Positions 10,219-20,072 of a stretch of DNA of 64,000 nt are shown piece by piece (within the stretch, counting starts at the first letter, position 1; each line of letters opens with the position of its first letter). A program made the translations under genes and the position numbers. The notes under the pieces were generated by a model. That model did not search any database, had not been told where the DNA came from, and saw nothing but the letters and a program-made list of their open reading frames with translations. Source of the DNA: Oceanispirochaeta sp. (GTDB lineage Bacteria > Spirochaetota > Spirochaetia > DSM-2461); NCBI GenBank assembly GCA_963663385.2, contig CAXXXD010000003.1:352001-416000 (forward strand), read 5' to 3'.

Positions 10219-11220
10219 ATGCAGAGAATTATCAATGATCCCAACATGGTTGTTGAAGATATGCTAAAAGGCTTTCTTAAAACCCATAAGGATATTGTCT
10301 CCTCCACGGAGCACGAAAGGGTTATCAAATATAAAGAAGCTCCCGTAGACGGTAAAGTCGGTGTGGTAACGGGGGGAGGCTCCGGTCATAAGCCGGCCTT
10401 TGTCGGGTATGCAGGAAAGAACATGGTTGATGCAGTTGCGGTTGGAGAGGTTTTTGCCTCTCCAACTGCCAAAGCCTTCTTTCAGGCCATGAAAGAGGCG
10501 GATTCAGGTCAGGGGGTAGCCTGTCTGTATGGAAACTATGCCGGGGATAATATGAATGTCAAAATGGCCGTGAGGATGGCGGAAAAAGCCGGTATAAAGG
10601 TTAAAACCGTTGTAGCCAATGATGATGCCGCTTCAGCGCCAAAGACCGAGCTGGAAAAAAGACGCGGTGTGGCCGGTGAAATCCTGATGTGGAAGGCCGG
10701 GGGAGCCAAAGCCTCTCAGGGGGGGACACTGGATGAAGTTATTGCCGCAGCGCAGAAAGCCATCGACAATACCCGGAGTGTCGGGATTGGTCTCACCTCC
10801 TGTACCATCCCGGCTGTGGGACACCCCAATTTCTCTATTGAAGACGGCAAGATGGAAGTGGGGATCGGGCATCACGGCGAACCCGGAATTAAAGTGGAGG
10901 ATCTGAAATCCGCAGATGATATGGCAAAAGAGATGGTGGATGTGATTCTGCCGGATCTGCCCTTTGAAAAAGGAAATGAAGTGGTTGTGCTTCTCTCCGG
11001 TCTGGGAGCTACCCCTGTAATGGAGCTGTACATTCTATATAACAAGGTGGAAGAGCTTCTGGCGGAAAAAGGGATTACCGTATACAGGTCCTATGTGGGA
11101 AATCTTTTTACCTCACTGGAAATGATGGGAGCGACCCTGACGGTTATGAAGCTTGATGACGAGCTGAAACCGCTGATGGATATGGAAATCAACACCATGG
11201 GCCTCAAACAATTTTCATAA
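10219..11220 (+). CDS. dhaK: Dihydroxyacetone/erythrulose kinase subunit K (DAK1)
   Basis: GGGSGHKP, NYAGD, RRGVAG, GIGHHGEPG motifs; ATG after AGGAG. Confidence 0.9.
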   Translation: MQRIINDPNMVVEDMLKGFLKTHKDIVSSTEHERVIKYKEAPVDGKVGVVTGGGSGHKPAFVGYAGKNMVDAVAVGEVFASPTAKAFFQAMKEADSGQGVACLYGNYAGDNMNVKMAVRMAEKAGIKVKTVVANDDAASAPKTELEKRRGVAGEILMWKAGGAKASQGGTLDEVIAAAQKAIDNTRSVGIGLTSCTIPAVGHPNFSIEDGKMEVGIGHHGEPGIKVEDLKSADDMAKEMVDVILPDLPFEKGNEVVVLLSGLGATPVMELYILYNKVEELLAEKGITVYRSYVGNLFTSLEMMGATLTVMKLDDELKPLMDMEINTMGLKQFS

Positions 11221-11264
11221 ATAATGAAGTGGTTGGAAGAAGAGTCTTCGGGATTTCCAGCCAA

Positions 11265-11301
11265 CCCTCACCCCGACTCCTCTCCCAGAGGGCGAGGGGA
11301 G
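11265..11301. repeat. BoxC-like pyrimidine/purine imperfect palindrome in the dhaK-dhaL spacer
   Basis: CCCTCACCCCGACTCCTCTCCCAGAGGGCGAGGGGAG; single copy in the window. Confidence 0.5.
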
Positions 11302-11326
11302 TTTATATATTTTTAGGAGCTGAATT

Positions 11327-11971
11327 ATGGCTGAAACATTTAAGAACAGTTCTGCTCAGGTAGTAGTGGACAACCTGGTGGTCTGTATAAAAAGCAATGT
11401 CGATTATTTGAGTGAAGTGGATGGGAAGATCGCAGATGGAGACCATGGGATCAATATGCAGAAGGGATTTACTATTACCGGTCAGAGGATCGAAGGAAAA
11501 TCTCTCAGTTATACGGAAGCGTTGAATGTTCTGGGAGATGTACTGGTTTCGGAGATAGGCGGTTCCATGGGGCCCATCTACGGCAGTTATTTTATTGAGC
11601 TGGGAGACGGCTGTCAGGGGAAGGAAGAGGTTGATAAAGTCGCTTTTCTGAAGTCCTACGAAACAGCCCTTGAGGTTGTCCTCTCTCTGGGATCGGCACA
11701 GCTGGGCGATAAAACCATGCTGGATACCATGATTCCCGGAATCAATGCACTGAAAGCGGCTGTAGATGCTGATAAGCCCTTCGGGAAATGCCTGGATGAG
11801 ATGACGTCTGCCGCGAAGGCTGGAATGGAATCCACAAAAGATATGATTGCCAAAGTAGGCCGGTCGGCCCGTTTGGGAGAACGTTCCCGGGGGGTTCTGG
11901 ATGCCGGTGCTGTTTCCTGTTTTCTGATTATAGAGGATATGGCTAAAACCATTAAGAAACTGCTGGGATAA
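11327..11971 (+). CDS. dhaL: Dihydroxyacetone/erythrulose kinase subunit L (DAK2)
   Basis: DGDHGINM, GGSMGPIYG, GDKTMLD, GRSARLGERSRGVLDAGA. Confidence 0.92.
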   Translation: MAETFKNSSAQVVVDNLVVCIKSNVDYLSEVDGKIADGDHGINMQKGFTITGQRIEGKSLSYTEALNVLGDVLVSEIGGSMGPIYGSYFIELGDGCQGKEEVDKVAFLKSYETALEVVLSLGSAQLGDKTMLDTMIPGINALKAAVDADKPFGKCLDEMTSAAKAGMESTKDMIAKVGRSARLGERSRGVLDAGAVSCFLIIEDMAKTIKKLLG

Positions 11972-11981
11972 AATCTTTTCT

Positions 11982-12014
11982 ACCGGAGTTCCGGCTTTTT
12001 TCCGGAACTCCGGT
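11982..12014. terminator. Strong stem-loop ending the polyol operon
   Basis: Perfect 13-bp inverted repeat ACCGGAGTTCCGG/CCGGAACTCCGGT; no clear U-tail. Confidence 0.6.
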
Positions 12015-12195
12015 CCTCCCGGCACGGATCCGGTATTCCCCGGCGAGGAAAGACCGGGATAATCTGGATATTGATCCTGCTTTATCAGAGGAAACAGAGC
12101 ATCGGATCTACGGAACAGTTTTATTTGCCAGATCAGATATTTACTGCTATCATAATCGCCTGAAGGAATATATATAAAAATTATGGAATACTGCA

Positions 12196-13815
12196 TTGAT
12201 TAAGATACTCATTGTTGATGATGAGCTTCTTGTTCGAATCGGGCTTAAATCAACACTCAGATGGGAAGAACATGGTTATACTCTGGTGGGGGAAGCTAAA
12301 AATGCCAAGGAAGCAATTGAGCTCTTCGAACGTTATAATCCGGAAATCCTTCTGACTGATATCTCCATGCCCGGATTGACCGGGCTTGAACTGATCCGGA
12401 TGCTCAGGGAAAGAAATCCTTTTCTGCAATCCATTATTCTGACCCATTATGAAGACTTTCATTATGCCAGGGAAGCTGTATCCCTTGGTGTAAGGGATTA
12501 CATTGTCAAATCTAATCTAACGCCCGAACGCCTGCTGAAGGTTCTGAAGGAGTCGGAAGGGGCCCTGTCCAGGATGCGGGGCCGTTCGGTTCCTCTGGAT
12601 ATCCATCCCGTATCACCGGAGCTCTCTCCGGATTCTGCTGAACTGGAAAAAGGACTGAATTCCATCCTGTTTCAAACAGAAACGGATGTCCCGGCTGATG
12701 ACAGGGCGGGAATATTGGCGGAGGTATTGCCTTATAAAGGGTATCAAGTCGCGGTTATTTCCATCAATCTGAATATAAAGGTCAATGAAAACTCTCAATT
12801 GGACAGAAAACAACGGTCTGTTATTGAAGATGTGTCCCTTCAGGTCCTGTCGGATAATCCCTTTCCTTTGGTAAGGACCGTACACAGAAATGAGATAATT
12901 TATCTCTTCAATTATGATTCGGAAAAGCATCCAGACGGTATTGATGAAAGAATATCCCGGTATATGCTGCTTCTTAAATCAAATCTTAAAAAATACCTGA
13001 ATTATTATCTGCTCACAGGGCTGAGTTCTTCGTCATCCGATATTAGAAAAATAAATACATTGTATGAACAGGCCAGGATTGCCGGAAAGCGGGCTTTTTT
13101 CGAAACCGATCATATCTCCCTGTTCAAGGAATCTCAGTTTGAAAGGCAGGGTGAGAAGATTTTTCCGGATGATCAGTTTATGTTGAACTGCCTGAATTCC
13201 GGAAATACGGAGGATCTTTTTCCCTATATTGAAAATATCTTTGCCCATGCCTCCAGACTGAAAGACTACGACTATGTGAAAACACTCTTCTATAGTTTTA
13301 TGGATACGGTAGAAAATTATCTTACGGGGTTAGATACGGGGAATGATGGGGATGATCTGAAGGAATACGGAATAGATAAGTTGCATTTTTACAGTTTGTA
13401 CGATATGGATGCTGTAAAAATGCATGTTTTGAATCTTATAAACTCTCTTCAAAAAGTATCTGATACCAGCCAGACCCAGACCAATTTTTCCTATATCATC
13501 AGAAAATCGATTACGTATATAGATTCTCACTATAATGAGAATATATCCCTGAACAACCTGGCTACAAATGCGGATGTAAGCAGAAGTTATTTAAGTTTTC
13601 TTTTCAAACAGGAGCTGGGTGTGAATTTCAGTTTCTACCTGACTCAAACGAGAATCCGGAATGCCAAGGATATGCTGACTTCCACAAATCTTAAAATATA
13701 TGAAATTGCCGATAAAGTGGGGTTTGACAGCCCCTATTATTTCAGTAAGGTTTTTAAGGAAACAACTGGTATTACATGCAAGGAATTCCGGAACAAGTAC
13801 TATGGAACAATGTAA
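12196..13815 (+). CDS. YesN-type response regulator (REC + AraC HTH)
   Basis: ILIVDDE, LLTDISMP; C-terminal AraC signature KIYEIADKVGFDSPYYFSKVFK; TTG start. Confidence 0.93.
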   Translation: MIKILIVDDELLVRIGLKSTLRWEEHGYTLVGEAKNAKEAIELFERYNPEILLTDISMPGLTGLELIRMLRERNPFLQSIILTHYEDFHYAREAVSLGVRDYIVKSNLTPERLLKVLKESEGALSRMRGRSVPLDIHPVSPELSPDSAELEKGLNSILFQTETDVPADDRAGILAEVLPYKGYQVAVISINLNIKVNENSQLDRKQRSVIEDVSLQVLSDNPFPLVRTVHRNEIIYLFNYDSEKHPDGIDERISRYMLLLKSNLKKYLNYYLLTGLSSSSSDIRKINTLYEQARIAGKRAFFETDHISLFKESQFERQGEKIFPDDQFMLNCLNSGNTEDLFPYIENIFAHASRLKDYDYVKTLFYSFMDTVENYLTGLDTGNDGDDLKEYGIDKLHFYSLYDMDAVKMHVLNLINSLQKVSDTSQTQTNFSYIIRKSITYIDSHYNENISLNNLATNADVSRSYLSFLFKQELGVNFSFYLTQTRIRNAKDMLTSTNLKIYEIADKVGFDSPYYFSKVFKETTGITCKEFRNKYYGTM

Positions 13816-15646
13816 ACTTTTTAAAAGGATCCTTCCTTATGTACGTCTGGGCAAGCATAGCCTGCAAAAAAGGATATTCATCTATTTTCTTATATTTTCA
13901 TTGAGTTTCACTTTTACAGGATTTCTTATTATATCAAAAATACTGATGGAGGAATATGTAACTTCATTAACGGAACATGCCGTAAACAGTTCCGACAGGG
14001 CAAAACAGAGTATCGAGTTTCTTCTTAATATGACAGATAACACGGCATCTCTGCTGGCTAATCAGCAGTCACTGCTTGATGCCCTGCGTTTGACAACTAT
14101 TACCGAAGACCGGGATTATGTTTTTTCAAAATATAGTATTGATATAATGCTCAAAAGCATTATCAGCGTGCATGAATATATTGATAATATCTATATTCTG
14201 GGCAGCGATGGTGAATTCTATTCCAGTTACTGGGGGGCCGATCAGAAGGAGATTGAATCCCGTTTTGATGATCTGATAAAAAATCAGAAGAAGCATCAGG
14301 AATATATCAATGGGGAGCCTATTGTTACGTATCTGCCTTTTTTCGATTTGAATGTCATTTCCTATACCAGACCGATATTCCTTTATCCGGAGGATCTGGG
14401 GCTCGGGTTGATTATCATTGATCTGAACTATACCTACCTGCGCGAGATGTTTACATTTTCTTCCCTTCAGCAGGATGTTGAGAAGACAATGGTCATGAAT
14501 AAAAACGGAGAAACCATATTTACCTTTCCTTTCAACACATCCATGGAACATATCGTCGATAAATACCCGGAACTTCTGGAGGATAATCATACGGTTCACG
14601 GAAAGGCTTTCGGAGCAGAGAGCATTATACTGTCTAACCGGGTGGATTACAGCGACTGGATGATTATCCGTATAATTTCAAAGGATAAGATCTATAACAA
14701 CGTTTACTACCTGACGAGGATCGGGGCATTGATCTGGATTATATTCATCATCCTGTCATTCGGAATTTCCTATGCCCTTTCCATCTCCATCACCAACCCT
14801 ATTATAAATCTGAATAATACAATTCAAAAGGTAGAGATGGGGAACCTCGGAGTGAGGGCCCAGGGGGAGGGGCCTGATGAAATTGGACAGCTTGCCACAT
14901 CCTTCAATCATATGGTTCAGAGGATATCCGACCTGATGGGGAAAACCCTGGAGGAGCAGAAAATGAAATCGGACCTTGAATTTCAGATTCTTCAGAGCCA
15001 GATTAATCCTCATTTTCTTTATAATACCCTGGATTCCATTAAATGGCTGGCTGTGTTTCAGAATGTTGAAAATATCAGTGATATGGCCACGTCTCTGATT
15101 AACCTGCTTAAATATAATATCTCCAAGAAAACCAAGCTTGTTACTCTGAGCGATGAGATTAACAGTATCCGGGATTATCTGGAAATTCAGAAATTCCGCT
15201 TTGGGGATGCTTTCGACACAATTTATGAAATTGGAGAGGCAACCGAAAAATTATATATTCTGAAATTTATCCTTCAGCCTCTGATTGAAAATGCCATCTT
15301 CCATGGTTTTGATAACATAGATTACCAGGGAATTATCAGAATAAGATCGCTTATACAGGAGGAAAAACTTGTTCTGGAGGTCATGGATAACGGCATCGGG
15401 CTTGATGAAGAAAAGGACTATCTTAATCAGATAAGCTCCTACGATCATAAGAAAATGCACAACAGTATCGGGATTCGGAATGTAACGGACCGGATTAAAC
15501 TCTATTTTGGCGGGAATGCGTCATTTTCCCTCCGGAATCTGGATGAAGGCGGGGTTATTGTTACAATTATACTGCCCTTGATTCAAACCACCGACCAGCT
15601 GCCGGAAGATGTCGATAATATTATCAGGCGTATTGGTAAAGACTGA
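13802..15646 (+). CDS. YesM-type sensor histidine kinase (Cache-HAMP-His_kinase)
   Basis: Two TM segments; HAMP DEIGQLATSFN; QINPHFLYNTL; QPLIENAIFHG; DNGIG. Confidence 0.93.
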   Translation: MEQCKLFKRILPYVRLGKHSLQKRIFIYFLIFSLSFTFTGFLIISKILMEEYVTSLTEHAVNSSDRAKQSIEFLLNMTDNTASLLANQQSLLDALRLTTITEDRDYVFSKYSIDIMLKSIISVHEYIDNIYILGSDGEFYSSYWGADQKEIESRFDDLIKNQKKHQEYINGEPIVTYLPFFDLNVISYTRPIFLYPEDLGLGLIIIDLNYTYLREMFTFSSLQQDVEKTMVMNKNGETIFTFPFNTSMEHIVDKYPELLEDNHTVHGKAFGAESIILSNRVDYSDWMIIRIISKDKIYNNVYYLTRIGALIWIIFIILSFGISYALSISITNPIINLNNTIQKVEMGNLGVRAQGEGPDEIGQLATSFNHMVQRISDLMGKTLEEQKMKSDLEFQILQSQINPHFLYNTLDSIKWLAVFQNVENISDMATSLINLLKYNISKKTKLVTLSDEINSIRDYLEIQKFRFGDAFDTIYEIGEATEKLYILKFILQPLIENAIFHGFDNIDYQGIIRIRSLIQEEKLVLEVMDNGIGLDEEKDYLNQISSYDHKKMHNSIGIRNVTDRIKLYFGGNASFSLRNLDEGGVIVTIILPLIQTTDQLPEDVDNIIRRIGKD

Positions 15647-15706
15647 ATCCTGTTTGCCTGAAAACAGGAGGGTTTCAGGATTAAAAAGCTGGATGGAATA
15701 TGCTGT

Positions 15707-15754
15707 TTGACAAAACTTCATTTCCATACTAAAATGCGTTATCGTTAACGCATT
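15707..15754 (+). promoter_or_regulatory. Sigma70 promoter with overlapping LacI-type operator
   Basis: TTGACA(15707)-17 bp-TAAAAT(15730); palindrome AATGCGTTA-TCGT-TAACGCATT (15733-15754) with central CG. Confidence 0.85.
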
Positions 15755-15766
15755 CTGTGAGGGATT

Positions 15767-16846
15767 ATGGCGACAATAAAGGATATTGCAGAAGCAGTCG
15801 GCGTATCAATTGGAACGGTTGACCGCATACTGCATGAACGGGGTCGGTACTCCGAAAAAACAGCCGAAAAAGTTCGTAACGCCATGAAGGAGTTGAACTA
15901 TACTCCCAATATTCATGCCAGAGGTCTCAAGCAGACTAAAAAATATACATTTGCAGCTCTTATTCCTCGACAGGATCAGGATGGCGGGTATTGGGAACTG
16001 GTTCAGGAAGGGATCGAACGGGCGGCCCAGACACTGGAATCCTACGGTAGTCGTGTATGTATTTTCAGTTTTGATCGTTACTCGCAGAAGTCATTCAGGG
16101 ATGCATTTTGCAGGGCCGTGAATTCCGAGGCTGAGGGGCTGCTTATTGCTCCTGTCCGCCCGGATGACACAAGGAATATGCTGGGAACCGTGTCTTTACC
16201 GTACCTTTTTATTGATTCCGACATCCCCGGAATGACCGGGCAGATTGCCTATATCGGGCAGGATTCCCTCCAGAGCGGTATCCTTTCGGGGAGGCTGATG
16301 AACTTACTGTTGAGCAGCCGGACCCTCTCTTCTGATCAACCGGACGTTCTGGTGGTGGATCCTCCCGGAAGCAATAGTCATCTGAAAAGCAGAATGGAAG
16401 GATTCAGACAGTCCCTGAAGGCGGCATGGCCTCAGGCTGAACTATTTCAGATTAAGGAGGAGAGTGATAATGAGGAGGATTTTCATCGTTATCTCGGGGA
16501 GTACTTTGAAAACTTCTCTCCAGAAAAAGCCTGGAAACCGGACGGCATCTTTGTTGCCAATTCAAGTGTCTACTATGTGGCTTCTTTTCTGGAGAAAAGA
16601 GGCGCTGAATATACAGATATTCCCCTGATCGGTTATGATCTGCTGCCCGGACGGGAGGGGATGATTACCAATGGGGTTATTGATTTTATCCTGACCCAGC
16701 AGCCGGAAGAGCAGGGATATAGGGGAATCATTATGCTCTATGACAATCTGATATTGAAACAGGATGTGGCTGAAGAGGTCATTACTCCCCTCAACATTAT
16801 TACCAGGGAGAATCTTCCCACTTTTATGAATTACAGGAGGTATTAA
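15767..16846 (+). CDS. LacI-family transcriptional regulator
   Basis: MATIKDIAEAVGVSIGTVDR HTH; YTPNIHARGL hinge; periplasmic-binding-fold core. Confidence 0.93.
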   Translation: MATIKDIAEAVGVSIGTVDRILHERGRYSEKTAEKVRNAMKELNYTPNIHARGLKQTKKYTFAALIPRQDQDGGYWELVQEGIERAAQTLESYGSRVCIFSFDRYSQKSFRDAFCRAVNSEAEGLLIAPVRPDDTRNMLGTVSLPYLFIDSDIPGMTGQIAYIGQDSLQSGILSGRLMNLLLSSRTLSSDQPDVLVVDPPGSNSHLKSRMEGFRQSLKAAWPQAELFQIKEESDNEEDFHRYLGEYFENFSPEKAWKPDGIFVANSSVYYVASFLEKRGAEYTDIPLIGYDLLPGREGMITNGVIDFILTQQPEEQGYRGIIMLYDNLILKQDVAEEVITPLNIITRENLPTFMNYRRY

Positions 16847-16849
16847 GTC

Positions 16850-17551
16850 ATGAACGGCAGAATGAAAGAGCTGAAGGAGCGCTGTTACGAATCCAATATG
16901 GAGATTCCCCGGCAGAAGCTGGCCATTCATACCTGGGGAAATGTAAGTGCCTACGATCCGGACGAGGGGATTTTTGCCATCAAACCCAGCGGTGTTTCCT
17001 ATAATGAGCTGAAGGCGGATGATATTGTTCTGGTAAATCTGAAGGGCGAAAAAGTAGAGGGGAGGATGAATCCCTCCTCGGATACCATGACTCATGCCGT
17101 ATTGTACCGGTCTTTTTCCGGCATTTGCGGTATCGTACACACACACTCCCCCTATGCTGTCGGGTGGGCGCAGGCCAGAAGGGAAATCCCCCTTTACGGA
17201 ACAACCCATGCTGATCATCAGACCTGTAATGTTCCCGTTACAGCGGTCATGAGCGATGAGATGATCCGGGGAAATTACGAAGAGCAGACCGGCTATCAGA
17301 TTCTGAATGCATTGAAGGATCAGAATCTTTCCTATAAGGATATTCAGATGATTCTGGTGGCCTGTCACGGCCCTTTTGCCTGGGGAGAAACACCGGAAAA
17401 AGCTGTATATCATGCTGTGGTTCTGGAAGAGATTGCAAAAATGGCAGTTATTACGGAGCAGGTCTGCCCTACTGTGGGCAGGATCAAAACATCACTTATT
17501 AATAAACACTATCAGAGAAAGCATGGAAATAACGCCTATTACGGACAGTAA
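16850..17551 (+). CDS. araD: L-ribulose-5-phosphate 4-epimerase
   Basis: TWGNVS, IKPSGV, PSSDT, HTHS, GTTHAD, HGPFAWG, RKHG..AYYGQ. Confidence 0.95.
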   Translation: MNGRMKELKERCYESNMEIPRQKLAIHTWGNVSAYDPDEGIFAIKPSGVSYNELKADDIVLVNLKGEKVEGRMNPSSDTMTHAVLYRSFSGICGIVHTHSPYAVGWAQARREIPLYGTTHADHQTCNVPVTAVMSDEMIRGNYEEQTGYQILNALKDQNLSYKDIQMILVACHGPFAWGETPEKAVYHAVVLEEIAKMAVITEQVCPTVGRIKTSLINKHYQRKHGNNAYYGQ

Positions 17552-17579
17552 CAAGGGCTTAATAAAAAAGGAGTGACCT

Positions 17580-19097
17580 ATGAAAGTATATGAAGAGATG
17601 AAAATCTGGATGGTTTCGGGGAGTCAGCACCTTTATGGTGAAGAGACATTGAAACAGGTTCGTTCCCATACCCGGGAGATCGCAGAATACCTCTCTGCCA
17701 GAGATAATATTCCCGCTGCCATCGAGTATAAGGGGATTCTGACCACACCCCGGGAAATTACGGATTTCTGTATGGAAGCCAGTGCTCATAAGAGCTGCGG
17801 CGGTGTTATACTCTGGATGCATACTTTTTCTCCCTCCAAAATGTGGATAAACGGTTTGAATGTGATGACCAAACCGGTACTGCATCTTCATACCCAGTAC
17901 AATCGTGAAATCCCCTGGGATAGAATCGATATGGATTTTATGAACCTGAACCAGTCGGCTCATGGCGGACGGGAGCATGGTTACATTAATACCCGGATGA
18001 GAATTGAACGCAAAGTTGTCGTCGGTTACTGGAAGGATGAGGCTGTTATCAGTCATATTGATGCCTGGATGCGGGCTGCAGCTGCCGTAAAAGACCTGAC
18101 AGGAGGGAAGGTTGCCCGTTTCGGGGATAATATGCGGGATGTCGCTGTTACCGAAGGAGACAAGGTCGCCGCACAGATAGCCCTCGGGTTTGATGTTTAC
18201 GGCTTTGGTGTGAGTGATCTTGTTCAGAAAATCAACGCCGTTGGGGATGAACAGATCAGCTCACTGATTTCGGAATATTCCGATTTATACGAAATTGACC
18301 CTATACTGCTGCCCGGCGGAGAGAAACATGAATCCCTTATAGAAGCGGCCCGGCTTGAAGCAGGTATGGAAGCCTTTCTGGTGGAAGGGGACTTTATTGC
18401 TTTTACCACAACTTTTGAAGATCTGGCTGGAATGGCTCAGCTGCCGGGATTAGCCTGCCAGCGGCTTATGGAAAAGGGCTATGGATTTGGAGGGGAGGGG
18501 GACTGGAAAACGGCGGTTCTAGTCCGTGCCCTGAAGACCATGGGAAAAGGAATGCCCGGCGGAACATCCTTTATGGAAGACTACACATATCACCTGGATC
18601 CTGAAAATCCCCTTGTGCTTGGCGCCCATATGCTGGAAGTCTGTCCCACCATTGCGGGAAAACATCGAGTCAAACTGGAGGTTCACCCTCTGGGGATTGG
18701 TGGAAAGGCGGATCCTGTCCGTATGGTATTCAATACGGAAGCCGGTTCTTCCCTGAATGCCTCCCTGATTGATATGGGAAACCGTTTCAGATTGATTGTG
18801 AATGAGGTAGATACGGTGGAACCGGAACATGAGATGCCGAATCTGCCGGTTGCAGGCTGTCTCTGGGAGGCTCAGCCTGATCTGCCTACTGCTGCTGCCG
18901 CCTGGATTCTGGGGGGCGGAGCGCATCATACGGCATACAGTAAGGATGTCTCTGTTGAAATGCTGATAGATTATGCCGAGATGTGCGGACTGGAAATTCT
19001 TGTTATTGACAGGGATACAAAAATCCGGGATTTCAAGCGGGAACTGAGATGGAATGACCTCTATTTTACCATGAAGGCATTTTCCGGAGGTGTCTGA
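17580..19097 (+). CDS. araA: L-arabinose isomerase
   Basis: GSQHLYG, WMHTFSP, NQSAHG, FGDNMR, GEGDWK, SFMEDY, GAHMLEVCP, GGAHH. Confidence 0.97.
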   Translation: MKVYEEMKIWMVSGSQHLYGEETLKQVRSHTREIAEYLSARDNIPAAIEYKGILTTPREITDFCMEASAHKSCGGVILWMHTFSPSKMWINGLNVMTKPVLHLHTQYNREIPWDRIDMDFMNLNQSAHGGREHGYINTRMRIERKVVVGYWKDEAVISHIDAWMRAAAAVKDLTGGKVARFGDNMRDVAVTEGDKVAAQIALGFDVYGFGVSDLVQKINAVGDEQISSLISEYSDLYEIDPILLPGGEKHESLIEAARLEAGMEAFLVEGDFIAFTTTFEDLAGMAQLPGLACQRLMEKGYGFGGEGDWKTAVLVRALKTMGKGMPGGTSFMEDYTYHLDPENPLVLGAHMLEVCPTIAGKHRVKLEVHPLGIGGKADPVRMVFNTEAGSSLNASLIDMGNRFRLIVNEVDTVEPEHEMPNLPVAGCLWEAQPDLPTAAAAWILGGGAHHTAYSKDVSVEMLIDYAEMCGLEILVIDRDTKIRDFKRELRWNDLYFTMKAFSGGV

Positions 19098-19099
19098 TA

Positions 19100-19930
19100 T
19101 CAAGTGGGCAGAGGCGTAATTTCTTCAATATCCTGTTCGTCTTCCTCTTTGGAATGGAACCGTTCCAGCATTTTGCTGTAACGGTTCTTCAGAGAAAAAT
19201 AGGAACGTTTGTAGAGTTTATTCTGGTAGTCCATAAGGGATACTTTGTTATGGAGCCGGGAATTCTCCTTTTCCAGGTCCTGGATACGGCCCTGCGCCAG
19301 TTCCAGGGCATATCTGATATCAATCTGATTGCGTTTGTCCCCGATTTTCTGATTCAGTTCGATAAAGTTTTTTAAAAAAGCATGCCTGATGTTCTTATCC
19401 AGCTGCATCAGATCGGTAAATTCCATCTTATCCATATGGGAGATCAGCCGGTTATAGAGGTACTGCTGGGGGATGGCAATCGTCAGTCTGGACTGATTCT
19501 CCTCTTTTCGGGCAAAACTGATGCTGTTTTCCTTGCCGCTTATATGTATCTGAAATGTTTCGCTATTACTGTATCGGGTGGTTTCACTGGTCCTCAGCTG
19601 TATCTTTTTTTCAATGATCTCGGAGGATCGGGAGAATTTTCTCAGAAAAAGGAGAGTCCTGTTCTCCTCATCATGTATGTTTACGTCATCCAGGCGGATC
19701 TTATCAAACATCTCCGCAATATAATCAAACAGCTCCGATAAAAGGGTATAAAGGAGCTCGCCTCCGATATAAAACATCCCCTGATTCCGGATCTGCTTCT
19801 GATAATTCATGGATTTTATATACTCGTCATTGATAATAATACTGATATCGGCGTTTTTATTATTAATATCCTTCAACACATCGCCGCTGAAAATCCGGAC
19901 GCCTGAAGAATTTATGGCATTTATATTCAT
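19100..19930 (-). CDS. Hypothetical protein with C-terminal coiled coil and acidic tail
   Basis: 276-aa ORF filling the gap convergent to araA; heptad-like LELAQGRIQDLEKENSRL. Confidence 0.75.
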   Translation of the reverse strand: MNINAINSSGVRIFSGDVLKDINNKNADISIIINDEYIKSMNYQKQIRNQGMFYIGGELLYTLLSELFDYIAEMFDKIRLDDVNIHDEENRTLLFLRKFSRSSEIIEKKIQLRTSETTRYSNSETFQIHISGKENSISFARKEENQSRLTIAIPQQYLYNRLISHMDKMEFTDLMQLDKNIRHAFLKNFIELNQKIGDKRNQIDIRYALELAQGRIQDLEKENSRLHNKVSLMDYQNKLYKRSYFSLKNRYSKMLERFHSKEEDEQDIEEITPLPT

Positions 19931-20072
19931 TACACTTCATTTTAAGTGATGAACGTGGCCTCTGTATATTCAAATTTCCCTTTGCAGGACTTTTTTTATA
20001 TAGATAATACTATCTCCCTGATTGACGGAGAGGTTAGGTGGTATATACAGGGTTCCCTTTTCTCTCCTGAAT

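Noticed and set aside
11303..12196. 297-aa minus-strand ORF
   Set aside because: Overlaps dhaL antisense and crosses the terminator hairpin; non-protein-like composition
16562..17413. 283-aa minus-strand ORF
   Set aside because: Shadow of lacI/araD
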